A stretch of 64,000 nucleotides of DNA from an uncultured Bacillota bacterium (GTDB taxonomy: Bacteria; Bacillota_I; Bacilli_A; RFN20; CAG-826): the NCBI GenBank assembly GCA_949299565.1, contig OX437086.1, positions 678,919 to 742,918 on the forward strand, read 5' to 3'. A model generated the notes under the pieces. That model saw only the letters and a list, made by a program, of their open reading frames with translations, ran no database searches and had not been told where the DNA came from. Below are positions 19,261 to 29,793 of this stretch, piece after piece (the first letter of the stretch is position 1; each line of letters starts with the position of its first letter). The position numbers and the translations under genes were made by a program.

Positions 19261-19268
19261 GGTTTAAG

Positions 19269-20648
19269 ATGGCAAATAAATTTAGTTTTGAGACGGTTAC
19301 ACGGCATTTACAAAATGCCGGGTATGTTTTTCCCGGCTCCCAAATATATGGCGGCCTAGCCAATAGTTGGGATTATGGACCGTTAGGGGTTGAAATCAAG
19401 CGCAACGTCTTGTTGGCGCATTGGAAGAAATTTGTTCAGGAATCGCCATATAATGTCGGACTAGATTCATCTATTCTCATGAATAAGAAGGTTTGGGAAG
19501 CGACGGGACACGCGACCGCTTTTAACGATCCGATGATTGATTGCAAAAATTGCCATGCGCGTTTCCGGGCCGACGATCTTTTAGAGGAGCAATACCCGGA
19601 TCTCGACGTTCATGCGCTCGGAAGCGATGATCTTAACAAAGCCTTGAAAACGCATCAATTAAAATGCCCTCGTTGCGGTTCTTCCTCCTTCACCGACGTT
19701 CGACAGTTCAACATGATGTTCAAAACTCACATTGGAGTTACTGATGATTCTGCTTCTTTAGTTTATTTACGACCGGAAACTGCACAAGGCGTCTTTGTTA
19801 ATTTCAAAAATGTCCAACGAGCGACAAGAAAGAAACTTCCGTTTGGAATCGTTCAGTCAGGCAAAGCTTTCCGCAACGAAATTACGCCGGGGAACTTCAC
19901 CTTTAGAACGCGTGAATTTGAACAGATTGAAATGGAATTCTTCTGCGAACCGGGAAGCGATCTTGAATGGTTTAAATATTGGAAGGAATATTGTCTCCGT
20001 TTCGTTGAAGGGCTTGGAATCAAGAAAGAAAACCTTCGTTTCCGTGATCACGAGCAAGAGGAATTGGCTTTCTATTCACGAGCAACAACGGATGTTGAAT
20101 ACGATTTCCCGACGCTTGGCTGGGGCGAAATTTTAGGAATCGCCGATCGCACTGACTATGATTTGAAGCGCCATCAAGAATATAGCGGTGAAGATTTAAC
20201 ATATTTTGATAGCGAGAAAAACGAACGTTATCTCCCGTATGTTATTGAACCATCGATGGGCTTGGATCGTTTAGTGCTTATGACATTAGTCGATGCTTAT
20301 GATGAAGAAGAATTGCCTGATAATGACAAGCGGATTGTTTTGCGTTTAGCGCCATTTTTAGCGCCATACAAAGTAGCGGTTCTCCCTCTTTCGAAAAAGC
20401 TTAACGAGAAGGCTTTTGAAGTTTTCAATATTTTATCGAAATATTTGATGTGCACTTATGATGTGACTGGTTCCATCGGAAAACGTTATCGTCGTCAAGA
20501 TGAAATCGGAACGCCATATTGCGTCACGATTGATTTCGACACGATAAACGATCAGAGCGTGACTGTTCGTGAACGCGATTCAATGAAACAAATAAGGCTT
20601 TCAATCACTGAATTAGTCAATTATTTGACGGTCAAGACTTTCTATTGA
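19269..20648 (+). CDS. glyQS: Glycine--tRNA ligase, class II alpha2 homodimeric type
   Basis: N-terminus MANKFSFETVTRHLQNAGYVFPGSQIYGGLANSWDYGPLGVE is typical of the single-chain GlyRS. 459 aa. Confidence 0.92.
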   Translation: MANKFSFETVTRHLQNAGYVFPGSQIYGGLANSWDYGPLGVEIKRNVLLAHWKKFVQESPYNVGLDSSILMNKKVWEATGHATAFNDPMIDCKNCHARFRADDLLEEQYPDLDVHALGSDDLNKALKTHQLKCPRCGSSSFTDVRQFNMMFKTHIGVTDDSASLVYLRPETAQGVFVNFKNVQRATRKKLPFGIVQSGKAFRNEITPGNFTFRTREFEQIEMEFFCEPGSDLEWFKYWKEYCLRFVEGLGIKKENLRFRDHEQEELAFYSRATTDVEYDFPTLGWGEILGIADRTDYDLKRHQEYSGEDLTYFDSEKNERYLPYVIEPSMGLDRLVLMTLVDAYDEEELPDNDKRIVLRLAPFLAPYKVAVLPLSKKLNEKAFEVFNILSKYLMCTYDVTGSIGKRYRRQDEIGTPYCVTIDFDTINDQSVTVRERDSMKQIRLSITELVNYLTVKTFY

Positions 20649-20704
20649 TGAAAGTAGTAAATAAGTAATTTATTAGTGGATATTATACATGGTATAAAGA
20701 TTTA

Positions 20705-22546
20705 ATGAGCATACCGAGTGATTTGATACAAAAAGTTTTAGAGAGGGCTGATATTGTTCAGATTATTTCTCGTTATTTAGACGTTCAAAAAAGAGGGTCT
20801 CTCTATTTAGCTATTTGCCCCTTTCATAACGACTCACATCCATCTTTGACGATTTCGCCTGAAAAAAGAATCTTCAAATGCTTCGCTTGCGGAACCGGCG
20901 GAAACGCGATTACGTTCGTGCAAAAAATTGAGGGTCTCTCTTTTGAAGAGGCAGTGAAAAAAGTCGCCGATTTAAGCGGCGTGAGCGATGAACGGTTAAA
21001 CGTCAATTATCAAAAGCAAAATAAAGATCCTTCGCTTGAACCTCTCGAGAAATGCATTGCCGATCTCGCTCTTTATTATTCATACGCCTTAGGAACCGAA
21101 GAAGGGAAAGCGGCGCGCGAATATTTGTTGTTGCGCGGACTCAATGATTATGACATCGGACGCTACGAAATCGGTTACGCGCCTTTTGATGGCGAAAAAA
21201 CCATCAAATTTCTAATTGCGAAAGGACATTCGCTTCATAGCATCGAAGAAATTGGAGTAACGATTTTAAAAAGTCGCGGGTTAAGCGATAAAAATGCCGG
21301 ACGCGTGATTTTTCCTCTTCATGATCAAAACGGCCACGTCATCGGCTTTTCAGCTCGAAAACTGCAAAATGACGAGAGCCCTAAATACATCAATAGTCCG
21401 GAAACGCCTCTCTTTCATAAGTCGCAAGTTCTTTATAACTATCACCGTGCGAAAGAGATTGCTCATCGCGTCGGTTATGTTTACCTCCTCGAAGGGTTTA
21501 TGGATGTCATCGCTTTAGGAAAAGCGGGTGTTGATTCCGCGATTGCTTTGATGGGAACTTCTTTAAGTGCTGAGCATTTAAAGATGCTTCGTTATCTCAA
21601 CACTGAAATTCGCTTGGCTCTCGATGGGGATTTGGCGGGGCAAGAAGGAATGATTAAGGCTTTGCCAGCACTTCAAAAGGCACGCCTGAATGTCCGCGTG
21701 CTTTCGGATTTAAATGAAACGCGTGATGAAGATGAGATTTTAAAAGAAGGAGGAGCGGAGGCTTTAAAGAGCCATTTGAACCAATTGGTAAATCCCTTTG
21801 AATTCCAGCTTCGTTATTATTTAAATTATCGAAAATTGGAGACAAAACAAGAAAGGGAGCGTGTTATAAGTCACTTTCTTCCTTACATTTCTTCTTTACG
21901 ACCCGGAATCGAGAAAGAAGACGCTTTGATTCGTTTAGCGTCCGCTACCGGCTACGACAAGGAAGCCATTCGCTCTCTTGTTGAACAAAAAACATTTGAT
22001 AAGCCGTCCTATAATCAAGTTAATTTACATGAACTTTTTGCAAGTTCTTCAGCAAAAGATGTTAGAAAAAAAGAACAAAAAGAAACGCGTTTATATCGCT
22101 CTGAAAAAGAAATTTTGCATTACATGTTTACGGAACGCGCGGCGCTTGACTTCTTTTTGCACCATATCGACGCTTTCTATGATGAACTTTTAAATGAACT
22201 AGCCGATTATGTGATTGATTATGCGGAAAAAAGAGGATTGCCAGTCGATATTGCTCTTTTGATGAGCGATATCGAGATGAGTGAGAATTCTAGCAAAGAG
22301 GATTTAATCGCTCTTGCCAATGACGTCGCCTTCGATGAGAATGAACCACCCTTCGCTTTGAAGAATTTATTGAACTGTCAACGCGTCATCAATGAAGAAA
22401 AAGAGAAGATTCATGATCATGGCGAGACATCAAAACTCATGAAGGATCGCGATCCGCGCGTTCAGGCACAGGCGATTGAAGAATATGCGAAGAAAAAGCG
22501 TCAACGTCTTAAAAATAGAAAGAAAGAACAAGGAGAAAAACAATGA
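20705..22546 (+). CDS. dnaG: DNA primase
   Basis: Zinc-binding [10 protein letters not shown]...CFACG, a TOPRIM domain (EGFMDVIAL), and a C-terminal helicase-interaction region. Confidence 0.93.
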   Translation: MSIPSDLIQKVLERADIVQIISRYLDVQKRGSLYLAICPFHNDSHPSLTISPEKRIFKCFACGTGGNAITFVQKIEGLSFEEAVKKVADLSGVSDERLNVNYQKQNKDPSLEPLEKCIADLALYYSYALGTEEGKAAREYLLLRGLNDYDIGRYEIGYAPFDGEKTIKFLIAKGHSLHSIEEIGVTILKSRGLSDKNAGRVIFPLHDQNGHVIGFSARKLQNDESPKYINSPETPLFHKSQVLYNYHRAKEIAHRVGYVYLLEGFMDVIALGKAGVDSAIALMGTSLSAEHLKMLRYLNTEIRLALDGDLAGQEGMIKALPALQKARLNVRVLSDLNETRDEDEILKEGGAEALKSHLNQLVNPFEFQLRYYLNYRKLETKQERERVISHFLPYISSLRPGIEKEDALIRLASATGYDKEAIRSLVEQKTFDKPSYNQVNLHELFASSSAKDVRKKEQKETRLYRSEKEILHYMFTERAALDFFLHHIDAFYDELLNELADYVIDYAEKRGLPVDIALLMSDIEMSENSSKEDLIALANDVAFDENEPPFALKNLLNCQRVINEEKEKIHDHGETSKLMKDRDPRVQAQAIEEYAKKKRQRLKNRKKEQGEKQ

Positions 22547-23874
22547 AAAAGACTGGAGAAAACAACATCAAAGAAAAAAAGAAAAGTGCAGCGAAAGGCA
22601 AAAAAATTAAAGATGTTGACGAGGAAGTTCTCGACGACGATGTAGAATTCGGCTACATCAAATCTTTAGAACAAATCAAAAGTCAACTTTTGAAGCGCGG
22701 GAAGCAAAGCGGATTTTTAGATATCGGAGACATCCTTGATGCGACTGAAAAACTCGATTTGAGCGACGATGATTTGGAGTCGCTTATGAGTTTTTTCAAA
22801 GACCAAGGAATCAAGGTCGAAAACGATGATGAATTGAGCGATGATTTAGACCAAGAAGACGTTTCCGAAGCAGAACTTTTAGCCCTTGAAAAGGAAGGCG
22901 CGGACTTAGACGATGTCGATGATGTTGACGACAATCCCGAAAAAGAAAAATTAGCTGATGTCGATGAATTCTCGACGATGCAAGCCGGCGAAGTCAAAGT
23001 CAACGACTCCGTTAAGATGTATTTAAAGGAAATCGGAAAGGTTGATCTTTTAAAGCCGTCTGAAGAGACTGAACTTGCGAAAAGAATCGCGGAAGGCGAT
23101 ATGGACGCTAAGAATCAATTGATTACGGCTAACCTTCGTTTAGTTATTTCGATTGCCAAGCATTATGTTGGTCGTGGAATGCATTTCCTCGATTTGATTC
23201 AAGAAGGCAATATGGGTCTCATTAAAGCTGTTGAAAAATTCGATTATAAGAAAGGCTTTAAATTTTCAACTTATGCAACATGGTGGATTCGGCAAGCAAT
23301 CACGCGGGCGATCGCCGATCAAGCGCGAACCATTCGGATTCCAGTCCACATGGTCGAAACAATCAATAAGATGACGCGCGTCCAACGTCAATTGGTTCAA
23401 GAATTCGGACGTGATCCAACCGCGGAGGAGATTTCAGTGAGAATGGGTGGAAGCCTTTCGCCCGAACGCATTCGCGAAATCCAAAGGATCGCTCTTGAGC
23501 CTGTGTCATTAGAGACGCCGATCGGCGAAGAAGATGATTCGCATTTAGGAGACTTTATCGAAGATAAAGAGACGCAAAGTCCGGAAGAATATACGACAAA
23601 GTCACTTTTAAAAGACGAATTATATGAAATCATGAAAGATTTGACGCCGCGTGAAGAAAAGGTTTTGCGTTTACGATATGGTCTCGATGATAATCGTCCT
23701 CGAACGCTTGAAGAGGTCGGACGTGAATTCGGGGTAACACGCGAGAGAATTCGACAAATTGAAGCGAAAGCTATCCGTAAATTACGCCATCCAACACGGG
23801 CGAAAAAGCTTGGTGATTATCGCGATGCGATTTATGCCTCTGGGCCCGAAACCCACGCGAAAGGGGATAAGTAG
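22543..23874 (+). CDS. sigA: RNA polymerase sigma factor SigA (RpoD)
   Basis: Acidic region 1, region 2.4 [28 protein letters not shown], and region 4.2 helix-turn-helix. Located after dnaG. Confidence 0.95.
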   Translation: MKKTGENNIKEKKKSAAKGKKIKDVDEEVLDDDVEFGYIKSLEQIKSQLLKRGKQSGFLDIGDILDATEKLDLSDDDLESLMSFFKDQGIKVENDDELSDDLDQEDVSEAELLALEKEGADLDDVDDVDDNPEKEKLADVDEFSTMQAGEVKVNDSVKMYLKEIGKVDLLKPSEETELAKRIAEGDMDAKNQLITANLRLVISIAKHYVGRGMHFLDLIQEGNMGLIKAVEKFDYKKGFKFSTYATWWIRQAITRAIADQARTIRIPVHMVETINKMTRVQRQLVQEFGRDPTAEEISVRMGGSLSPERIREIQRIALEPVSLETPIGEEDDSHLGDFIEDKETQSPEEYTTKSLLKDELYEIMKDLTPREEKVLRLRYGLDDNRPRTLEEVGREFGVTRERIRQIEAKAIRKLRHPTRAKKLGDYRDAIYASGPETHAKGDK

Positions 23875-24542
23875 TGAAGATTTCCTTGCGTTTAAAAACG
23901 CTTGGAGATCTCGTCGAGCCGACTTTTTATCTCGCTGATGTTGGAAGCGATCATGCATTGCTCCCTCTTTATCTTTTTTCACAAGAAAAGATTCAAAAAG
24001 CGCAGCTGATTGAAAATAAAATCGGGCCATATAAGAGAATGGAAAAAGCTGTTTCTCTTTCTCCTTATCATAGTCAATGTCTTTTAACTTTATCCGATGG
24101 TCTTTCTGAGCTTGATAAGGATGTCTCGGCAATCGTTGTAGCCGGAATGGGAGGACAATTGATATCTTCGATTTTAAAGCGCGATGAGGAAAAATTAAAA
24201 AGCATCGACGACTTATATATCGACGCTCATTCGGAACGCTCGGAACTTTTAATGTCTTTAGGCGAGCTTTCTTATTCGCTGGTGGATTCGATTTTTCTCG
24301 AGGACGAGCATAAATTTTATGATTTATGGCATTTAAAGAGAACGAAAAACAAAGTTCTATACAATGAAAAAGAAGCATTGTTTGGACCTCTCCATTTAAA
24401 AAACAAAGAAGCATCATGGGTCAAATATTGGGAAGCGCAAAAAAAAGAAAAGGAGACGATCCTTTTAAATAAAGAAGTACCAACCTTCAAAAGAAGCATT
24501 CTTGAAAAAGAAATATCGATGATAGAGGAAGCTTTAAGATGA
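23874..24542 (+). CDS. trmK: tRNA (adenine22-N1)-methyltransferase TrmK (YqfN)
   Basis: DVGSDHALLP...VVAGMGG motifs. In the yqfN position right after sigA. Confidence 0.7.
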   Translation: MKISLRLKTLGDLVEPTFYLADVGSDHALLPLYLFSQEKIQKAQLIENKIGPYKRMEKAVSLSPYHSQCLLTLSDGLSELDKDVSAIVVAGMGGQLISSILKRDEEKLKSIDDLYIDAHSERSELLMSLGELSYSLVDSIFLEDEHKFYDLWHLKRTKNKVLYNEKEALFGPLHLKNKEASWVKYWEAQKKEKETILLNKEVPTFKRSILEKEISMIEEALR

Positions 24543-25309
24543 AAACACGAGCGTTAATTAAAAAGTTATCTAATCTTTATCCGAAACATCTTTCTGAGAG
24601 CTATGACCATGTCGGATTGATGGTAGGGCCTTTAAAAAGCGAAGTTCAGCGCGTTTTGTTGGCGCTAGATTATGACGAAACAGTCTACGAAGAAGCACGA
24701 AAGCAGAATGTTGAAATGGTCATTACTCATCACCCGTTTCTCTTCGGAAAGAGAAACTTCATTTTAAAAAATAATCCAGAAAAATCCTCTCTTTATAAGA
24801 AAAGTCAAGAAGCCGGGCTTATGGTTTACGCCTTTCATACGAATTTCGATAATGCAATAAACGGGATGAACGACTTTTTATCAAAGAAATTAGGATTGGT
24901 AAATGTTACAAATTATCCTTTATATCCAGGTTTACGAATCGGCGATTTAAGAGAAACGATGGAACGAGAAGATTTTGTGAAAATGGCTCTTAAAAAATTA
25001 GAGGTGCCGTATGGCTTGCTGCTCGATTATGGAACTAAAAAAATTCAAAAAGTCGGAATCGTTGGCGGGGCCGGATCTTTCTATTGGAAAGAAGCGAAGG
25101 AATTAGGCGCGGATATCTTCATTTCTGGCGATGTTCCGCATCACGCAAGGCGCGATATGGTAAATGCCGGAGTCAATTATTTAGATATTCCGCATGAAGT
25201 CGAAAGAATTTTTATTGAAAGCTTTAAAGAAATTTTACTTAAAATCGACCAAAAACTTACTATTTTTACATTAGATCATGAGCGCGAGCCGCGCGTTATA
25301 ATTTCTTGA
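24539..25309 (+). CDS. Nif3-family dinuclear metal centre protein (YqfO)
   Basis: DHVGLMVG...LALDYDE...VITHHPFLF motifs. In the yqfO position after trmK. Confidence 0.8.
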   Translation: MKTRALIKKLSNLYPKHLSESYDHVGLMVGPLKSEVQRVLLALDYDETVYEEARKQNVEMVITHHPFLFGKRNFILKNNPEKSSLYKKSQEAGLMVYAFHTNFDNAINGMNDFLSKKLGLVNVTNYPLYPGLRIGDLRETMEREDFVKMALKKLEVPYGLLLDYGTKKIQKVGIVGGAGSFYWKEAKELGADIFISGDVPHHARRDMVNAGVNYLDIPHEVERIFIESFKEILLKIDQKLTIFTLDHEREPRVIIS

Positions 25310-26153
25310 GATATCTGAGCACATCATCATAGATTTCTTCAGGAGTTGAGGCGCCTGATGTCAAAGCAATTTTCTTAATCTTTTTCAAATCGGATTTTTT
25401 GATATCTTCCACGTTATCGATCATCATGGCTTCGCTATTGGGGTGACTGATTTTTGCGACTTCTAAAAGCTTTTTTGAATTATTGCTGCTTTTTGAACCG
25501 ATGATGATGAATAGATCGCAGTCATCTGGAGCGCTTTTTACCGCCTCTTGATGTTCAAATGTCGCCCGACAACGACCGTTCAAAAATTGAAAATCAGGAT
25601 ATGTTGTTTCGATATATTCTTTAACTTCCTTGAAATTTTCTTCCGCCATCGTCGTTTGAGCAAGCCCGATTATCTTTTCATCTTTTTTTAGAGTCGGGAC
25701 GCTTTCTCGATCAGAAATTAAATAAATGCGCGGAGAGATTGAAAGAATGGCTTTAGCTTCAGCGTGATCTTTTTCGCCGAAATAAAAAACATAAGAGCCG
25801 GCGTTCACGGCATCAACAATTCTTTGTTTATTGATTTCAACGAAAGGACAAGTTGCATCGATAATTTCAAGTCCTCTTCTTTTAGTTGCTTCATCATATT
25901 TTATGGGGTGACCGTGAGCGCCGAATAAAATTAGAGCGTCTTTGTCTAATCTCTCGACACTTTCTAAAAAGTTTTCATCGTTTAGAAAAATCGCTCCTCT
26001 CTCTTTAAGCTTTTGATTCACGAAGTCGTTATGGACTAAGGAGCCAACGATATAGAGCTTCTTATCTTTTTTTACGGCTTCTTGAGCCAAAGAGATGGCT
26101 CTTTTGACGCCGCTACAGAAACCATGTGGTCGTACTTCAAACACTTCCATCAT
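25296..26153 (-). CDS. ispH: 4-hydroxy-3-methylbut-2-enyl diphosphate reductase
   Basis: N-terminus PHGFCSGVKRAI and conserved Cys/His/Glu residues through the protein. 285 aa. Confidence 0.9.
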   Translation of the reverse strand: MMEVFEVRPHGFCSGVKRAISLAQEAVKKDKKLYIVGSLVHNDFVNQKLKERGAIFLNDENFLESVERLDKDALILFGAHGHPIKYDEATKRRGLEIIDATCPFVEINKQRIVDAVNAGSYVFYFGEKDHAEAKAILSISPRIYLISDRESVPTLKKDEKIIGLAQTTMAEENFKEVKEYIETTYPDFQFLNGRCRATFEHQEAVKSAPDDCDLFIIIGSKSSNNSKKLLEVAKISHPNSEAMMIDNVEDIKKSDLKKIKKIALTSGASTPEEIYDDVLRYLKKL

Positions 26154-26213
26154 TTAAATAATATAGAATCCTTTTGCTGGAGGTCCAAGCCATATTCCTT
26201 ATAATTTAAATGT

Positions 26214-27560
26214 ATGTCATTCCGTTCATTTAATCTTTCTAAGACGATGATCGAGGCGCTTGAAGCGCTGAATTATCGCGAGCCATCGAAAATTCAACTC
26301 AAAGTGATTCCCAGGGTTCTACGCGGAGAATCGCTTTTAGCTAGATCACCAACAGGAAGCGGGAAAACGCACGCTTATTTAGTTCCCATCATCGATCGAA
26401 TTGATTTAAACAAACAAAATCTCCAAGCTTTAATCATTGCTCCATCACGAGAATTAGCGAGGCAAATAGACGCTTTTGCGCGTGAATTTGTTCCGTTTTT
26501 CCCAGGATTAAAGATTCGTTTATATACGAGCGAAACTTCAACTAAAGAAAACATTGAAGGGCGGACAATCCCTCCTCATATAGCAATCGGAACTCCCGGA
26601 CGCTTGGCTGATCTTTTTAAAAATGTTGGCCTGTATTCATTAAAGGAAGTAAGAACGCTTGTGTTAGATGAAGCTGATCTTCTAGCGGAGAACGATTATT
26701 TTTCAATGATTCAAGAAGTTACGAAGCGACTTCCGTCTGAAACGGAGGTTTTAGTCTTTTTGGCAACTTTAAATCCGCAATTGCAAGCCTTCCTTGGCAA
26801 GGAATTTGGAAGCCGTCTATTGATTGATCAAGATAACGGCGGCACTTCATCAGACGTCACGCATTTTTTGCTCGATCTTCATCATCAAGGCGTCGTTTCT
26901 TCTCTTGTGAGTTTTTTAAAGGCGAAGCCGGCTTATTCAACGCTCATTTTTGCTTCAAGCAAGGATAAAGCACATGAAATTTATGAGCATCTCAAGCATA
27001 ACGGATACCCGGTTCTTTATTTCGGCGGAGATCTTGACGCCCGCGAACGTAAACGCGCCTTAAAATCTTTAAAAAATGATGAATATCCTTACATCGTCTC
27101 TACTGATTTATTGTCGCGCGGAATGGATCTTCCGTCATTAGACCGCGTTATTTCTATCGATCTTCCAAACGATTTATCTTTCTATGCTCATCGTTCGGGA
27201 AGAACTGGTCGTTTCGGAAGAAGCGGTGAGTCATGGGTTTTTCTGACAGAAGAAAGTGCAATGAAAGCCAAAACTCTTCTCGATAACGGCGTTCCGTTTA
27301 TCTTTTATGCTTTAAAAGGCGGGGAAGTTGTCCCGGATAAACGTCCCATTTTTGAAAAGAAAAAAAACAAGCGAAAGAAAGAGCTACCAAAAGAAGAAAT
27401 TAAAGAAATCAAAATTGTCAAAGCACGTTTCAAGAGTCGTCACGTTGAACCGATGCATCGGAAAAAGCAGGCAATCGCGATCGAAAGAGTCAAGGAACGT
27501 TATCGGCAAAAGGCCATTAGAGCGGCAATTCAAAAAAAGAAAAAGGAAACAAAATCATGA
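26214..27560 (+). CDS. DEAD-box ATP-dependent RNA helicase with a Lys-rich C-terminal tail
   Basis: Q-motif, ARSPTGSGKT (motif I), PGRL, DEAD, and HRSGRTGR (motif VI). The tail is KKKNKRKKE... Confidence 0.9.
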   Translation: MSFRSFNLSKTMIEALEALNYREPSKIQLKVIPRVLRGESLLARSPTGSGKTHAYLVPIIDRIDLNKQNLQALIIAPSRELARQIDAFAREFVPFFPGLKIRLYTSETSTKENIEGRTIPPHIAIGTPGRLADLFKNVGLYSLKEVRTLVLDEADLLAENDYFSMIQEVTKRLPSETEVLVFLATLNPQLQAFLGKEFGSRLLIDQDNGGTSSDVTHFLLDLHHQGVVSSLVSFLKAKPAYSTLIFASSKDKAHEIYEHLKHNGYPVLYFGGDLDARERKRALKSLKNDEYPYIVSTDLLSRGMDLPSLDRVISIDLPNDLSFYAHRSGRTGRFGRSGESWVFLTEESAMKAKTLLDNGVPFIFYALKGGEVVPDKRPIFEKKKNKRKKELPKEEIKEIKIVKARFKSRHVEPMHRKKQAIAIERVKERYRQKAIRAAIQKKKKETKS

Positions 27561-28432
27561 TGTATATTGGTTCTCATCTTAATATGTCGGGCCCTGAATA
27601 TTATCTAGGGACCGTGAAGAAGGCTTTTGAGTATGGAGAAACCGCCTTTATGTTTTATACGGGCGCTCCGCAGAACACGAAGCGATTGCCGACTAGTTCT
27701 TTAAAGATTGAAGAAGCGAGAGCGCTATTAAAAGAACAACAGTTCAACGAAGAAATGATTGTCGTTCATGCGCCGTACATCATTAATCTCGGCAATATCA
27801 TCAAACCAGAAGTCGGGGAATTGGCTGTTTCCTTTTTGAAACAAGAGATTAAAAGAACAGCAGATTTTCACGTGCGGAAACTTGTTTTACATCCCGGTTC
27901 TAGCGTTGGAGCTGAAAAAGAGATTGTTCTCAAAACAATCGCCCAACGTTTAGATGAAGTTTTAATCGATGATCATCATGATGTTTTGATTCTTTTAGAG
28001 ACGATGGCTGGTAAAGGAAGCGAAGTCGGATCTTCTTTTTCTGAATTAGCTGAGTTGATCAATCTCTCGCATTTTCCAGAGCGGCTCGGGGTTTGTCTTG
28101 ATACTTGCCATATTCATGATGCCGGCTATCGCGAGGACGATGTTAAAGGAGTTTTGAAAGAATTTGATGAAACAATCGGCCTTTCAAAATTAAAGGCCAT
28201 TCATTTAAACGACTCTAAAAACCCGCGGGCGTCGCATAAAGATCGTCACGAAAATATCGGATATGGCGACATTGGCTTTTTAACGCTTCATAAATGGGCA
28301 TTAAAAGGAGAAGAATTGGGGATCCCGGTTATTTTAGAGACGCCATATTTTCAAGAAAAAGCACCATATAAGAAAGAAATTGAAATGTTAAGAAAGGGGG
28401 AGATAGAAGATTCTTGGCGCGACAAATTATGA
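27557..28432 (+). CDS. nfo: Endonuclease IV
   Basis: HAPYIINL, LHPGS, LETMAGKG, CLDTCH and HLNDSK are metal-binding motifs of the Nfo TIM barrel. Confidence 0.9.
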   Translation: MMYIGSHLNMSGPEYYLGTVKKAFEYGETAFMFYTGAPQNTKRLPTSSLKIEEARALLKEQQFNEEMIVVHAPYIINLGNIIKPEVGELAVSFLKQEIKRTADFHVRKLVLHPGSSVGAEKEIVLKTIAQRLDEVLIDDHHDVLILLETMAGKGSEVGSSFSELAELINLSHFPERLGVCLDTCHIHDAGYREDDVKGVLKEFDETIGLSKLKAIHLNDSKNPRASHKDRHENIGYGDIGFLTLHKWALKGEELGIPVILETPYFQEKAPYKKEIEMLRKGEIEDSWRDKL

Positions 28433-29488
28433 TAAATGTCGCTTTTTAGCCAAATCTTCAATCTCAGCAATTAAAATCTTCTCAGCTTCCTCTTCTTTGA
28501 TTGTTTTGATAATGTTCCCTTCTTTAAAAAGAACAAAACTTTGGCGTCCGCCGGCGATTCCGATATCGGCATGTTTGGCCTCGCCTGGTCCGTTGACGAC
28601 GCAGCCCATGACTGCAACAACGAGCGGATAACGTTTCTCCTCTAGATATTTTTGAATTCTTTTGGCTAACGGCAAAAGATCAACTTCCGTGCGTCCGCAA
28701 GTGGGGCACGAGATAAATGTCGGATAATTCTCCAACAGTCCCAAATCATGTAGAAGGCGGGAAGCTGCTTTTACTTCTTCTTCCGGTTCTTCGCTCATTG
28801 AAATTCTAATAGTGTCGCCTAAACCCTCAATTAAAAGAGGCGCTAAGCCGGCGCTGGAGCGAATCAAAGAAATTTCGCTTGGACCAGCCTCTGTTATTCC
28901 TAAATGTAATGGGTAAGGGAAATAGTCAGCAGCCAGTTCATAAGCTTTAATCGTCGTGCGGACATCAGAGCCTTTTAACGATAAGACGATATTTGTAAAA
29001 CCTTCATTTTCAAAGAAAGCAACTGCTTTTTTTGTAGCGTCAAAAAGACTTTCGGGTGTTGGCTTCTCGTGCTTTGGTAGCGATCCGCCGTTGACGCCGA
29101 TTCTAATTGCAACGCTTTTCTTTTTCGCTAATTTTATTATTTCTTTTAATGCAGCCTCTTCTTGCAGGTTGCCAGGATTTATGCGAATGGCGTTCGCGCC
29201 GTTCTCCAATGTTTTTAAGGCTAACGATGAAGAAAAATGAATGTCGGCGACGAGAGGAAGCGAAGATTCCTTGCTTAAAATTTTAAAGGCTTCGGCATCT
29301 TCTTCATCTAAAACAGAAAGGCGCATCAATTCCGCGCCTAAAACTTTGACGCGCTCTATTTGTGATAAAACATCGCTGATTCTTGAAGTTTTAATGTTGC
29401 TCATCGTCTGAATGACAACGTGGTTTTGTCCGCCGATTTGAAGATCTTTCAGGTAAACGGGACGAGTTTTTGTGCGCGTGTATTTCAT
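28427..29488 (-). CDS. ispG: 4-hydroxy-3-methylbut-2-en-1-yl diphosphate synthase (flavodoxin)
   Basis: MKYTRTKTRPVYLKDLQIGG... is a TIM-barrel N-terminus. SCPTCGRT...MGCVVNGPGE is the C-terminal 4Fe-4S domain. Start placed at the ATG at 29488, not the TTG at 29641 that would overlap rpmG. Confidence 0.88.
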   Translation of the reverse strand: MKYTRTKTRPVYLKDLQIGGQNHVVIQTMSNIKTSRISDVLSQIERVKVLGAELMRLSVLDEEDAEAFKILSKESSLPLVADIHFSSSLALKTLENGANAIRINPGNLQEEAALKEIIKLAKKKSVAIRIGVNGGSLPKHEKPTPESLFDATKKAVAFFENEGFTNIVLSLKGSDVRTTIKAYELAADYFPYPLHLGITEAGPSEISLIRSSAGLAPLLIEGLGDTIRISMSEEPEEEVKAASRLLHDLGLLENYPTFISCPTCGRTEVDLLPLAKRIQKYLEEKRYPLVVAVMGCVVNGPGEAKHADIGIAGGRQSFVLFKEGNIIKTIKEEEAEKILIAEIEDLAKKRHLS

Positions 29489-29622
29489 CGTATATAGATT
29501 ATAGTGAAAGATAAGCAAAAGGATAGAGAAGTAGCATCGATGGAATAGAAAAACCCGCTCTAGACTTAGATGGTGAGAGGTGATAATATCTAACGCGCTA
29601 AGAAAAGAGGGGTGAAGAGTAG

Positions 29623-29790
29623 ATGGCAAATAAGAATGCAAAAAGGATCAATACGACCCTCAAGTGCAGTGAATGTGGCGAACATAACTATATTTCGACG
29701 CGCAATAAGCGGAACCACCCTGAAAAGTTAGAAATCATGAAGTTCTGCTCTCGCTGCAATAAGATGACGCTTCATAAGGAGGCCAAGTAG
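29623..29790 (+). CDS. rpmG: 50S ribosomal protein L33
   Basis: Manual translation gives [55 protein letters not shown], matching the L33 pattern (…CTECG.RNY.TTKNKRN.PE..E.KKFC..C..HT.H.E.K). At 55 aa it is below the ORF-track cutoff. RBS GAGGGGTGAAGAG upstream. Confidence 0.85.
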   Translation: MANKNAKRINTTLKCSECGEHNYISTRNKRNHPEKLEIMKFCSRCNKMTLHKEAK

Positions 29791-29793
29791 TTC

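Noticed and set aside
19190-19268. T-box riboswitch upstream of glyQS (and hisS-aspS)
   Set aside because: The leaders are far too short (~35 nt and 8 nt) to hold a specifier loop, T-box sequence and antiterminator.
27328-27582. 84-aa Lys/Arg-rich ORF inside the 3' end of the DEAD-box helicase gene
   Set aside because: Alternative-frame artefact of the A-rich sequence that encodes the helicase's basic tail.
28427-29641. Long TTG-initiated version of ispG (404 aa)
   Set aside because: The extra 51 N-terminal residues have no IspG homology and run antisense through the L33 gene (rpmG). The ATG at 29488 gives the canonical start.
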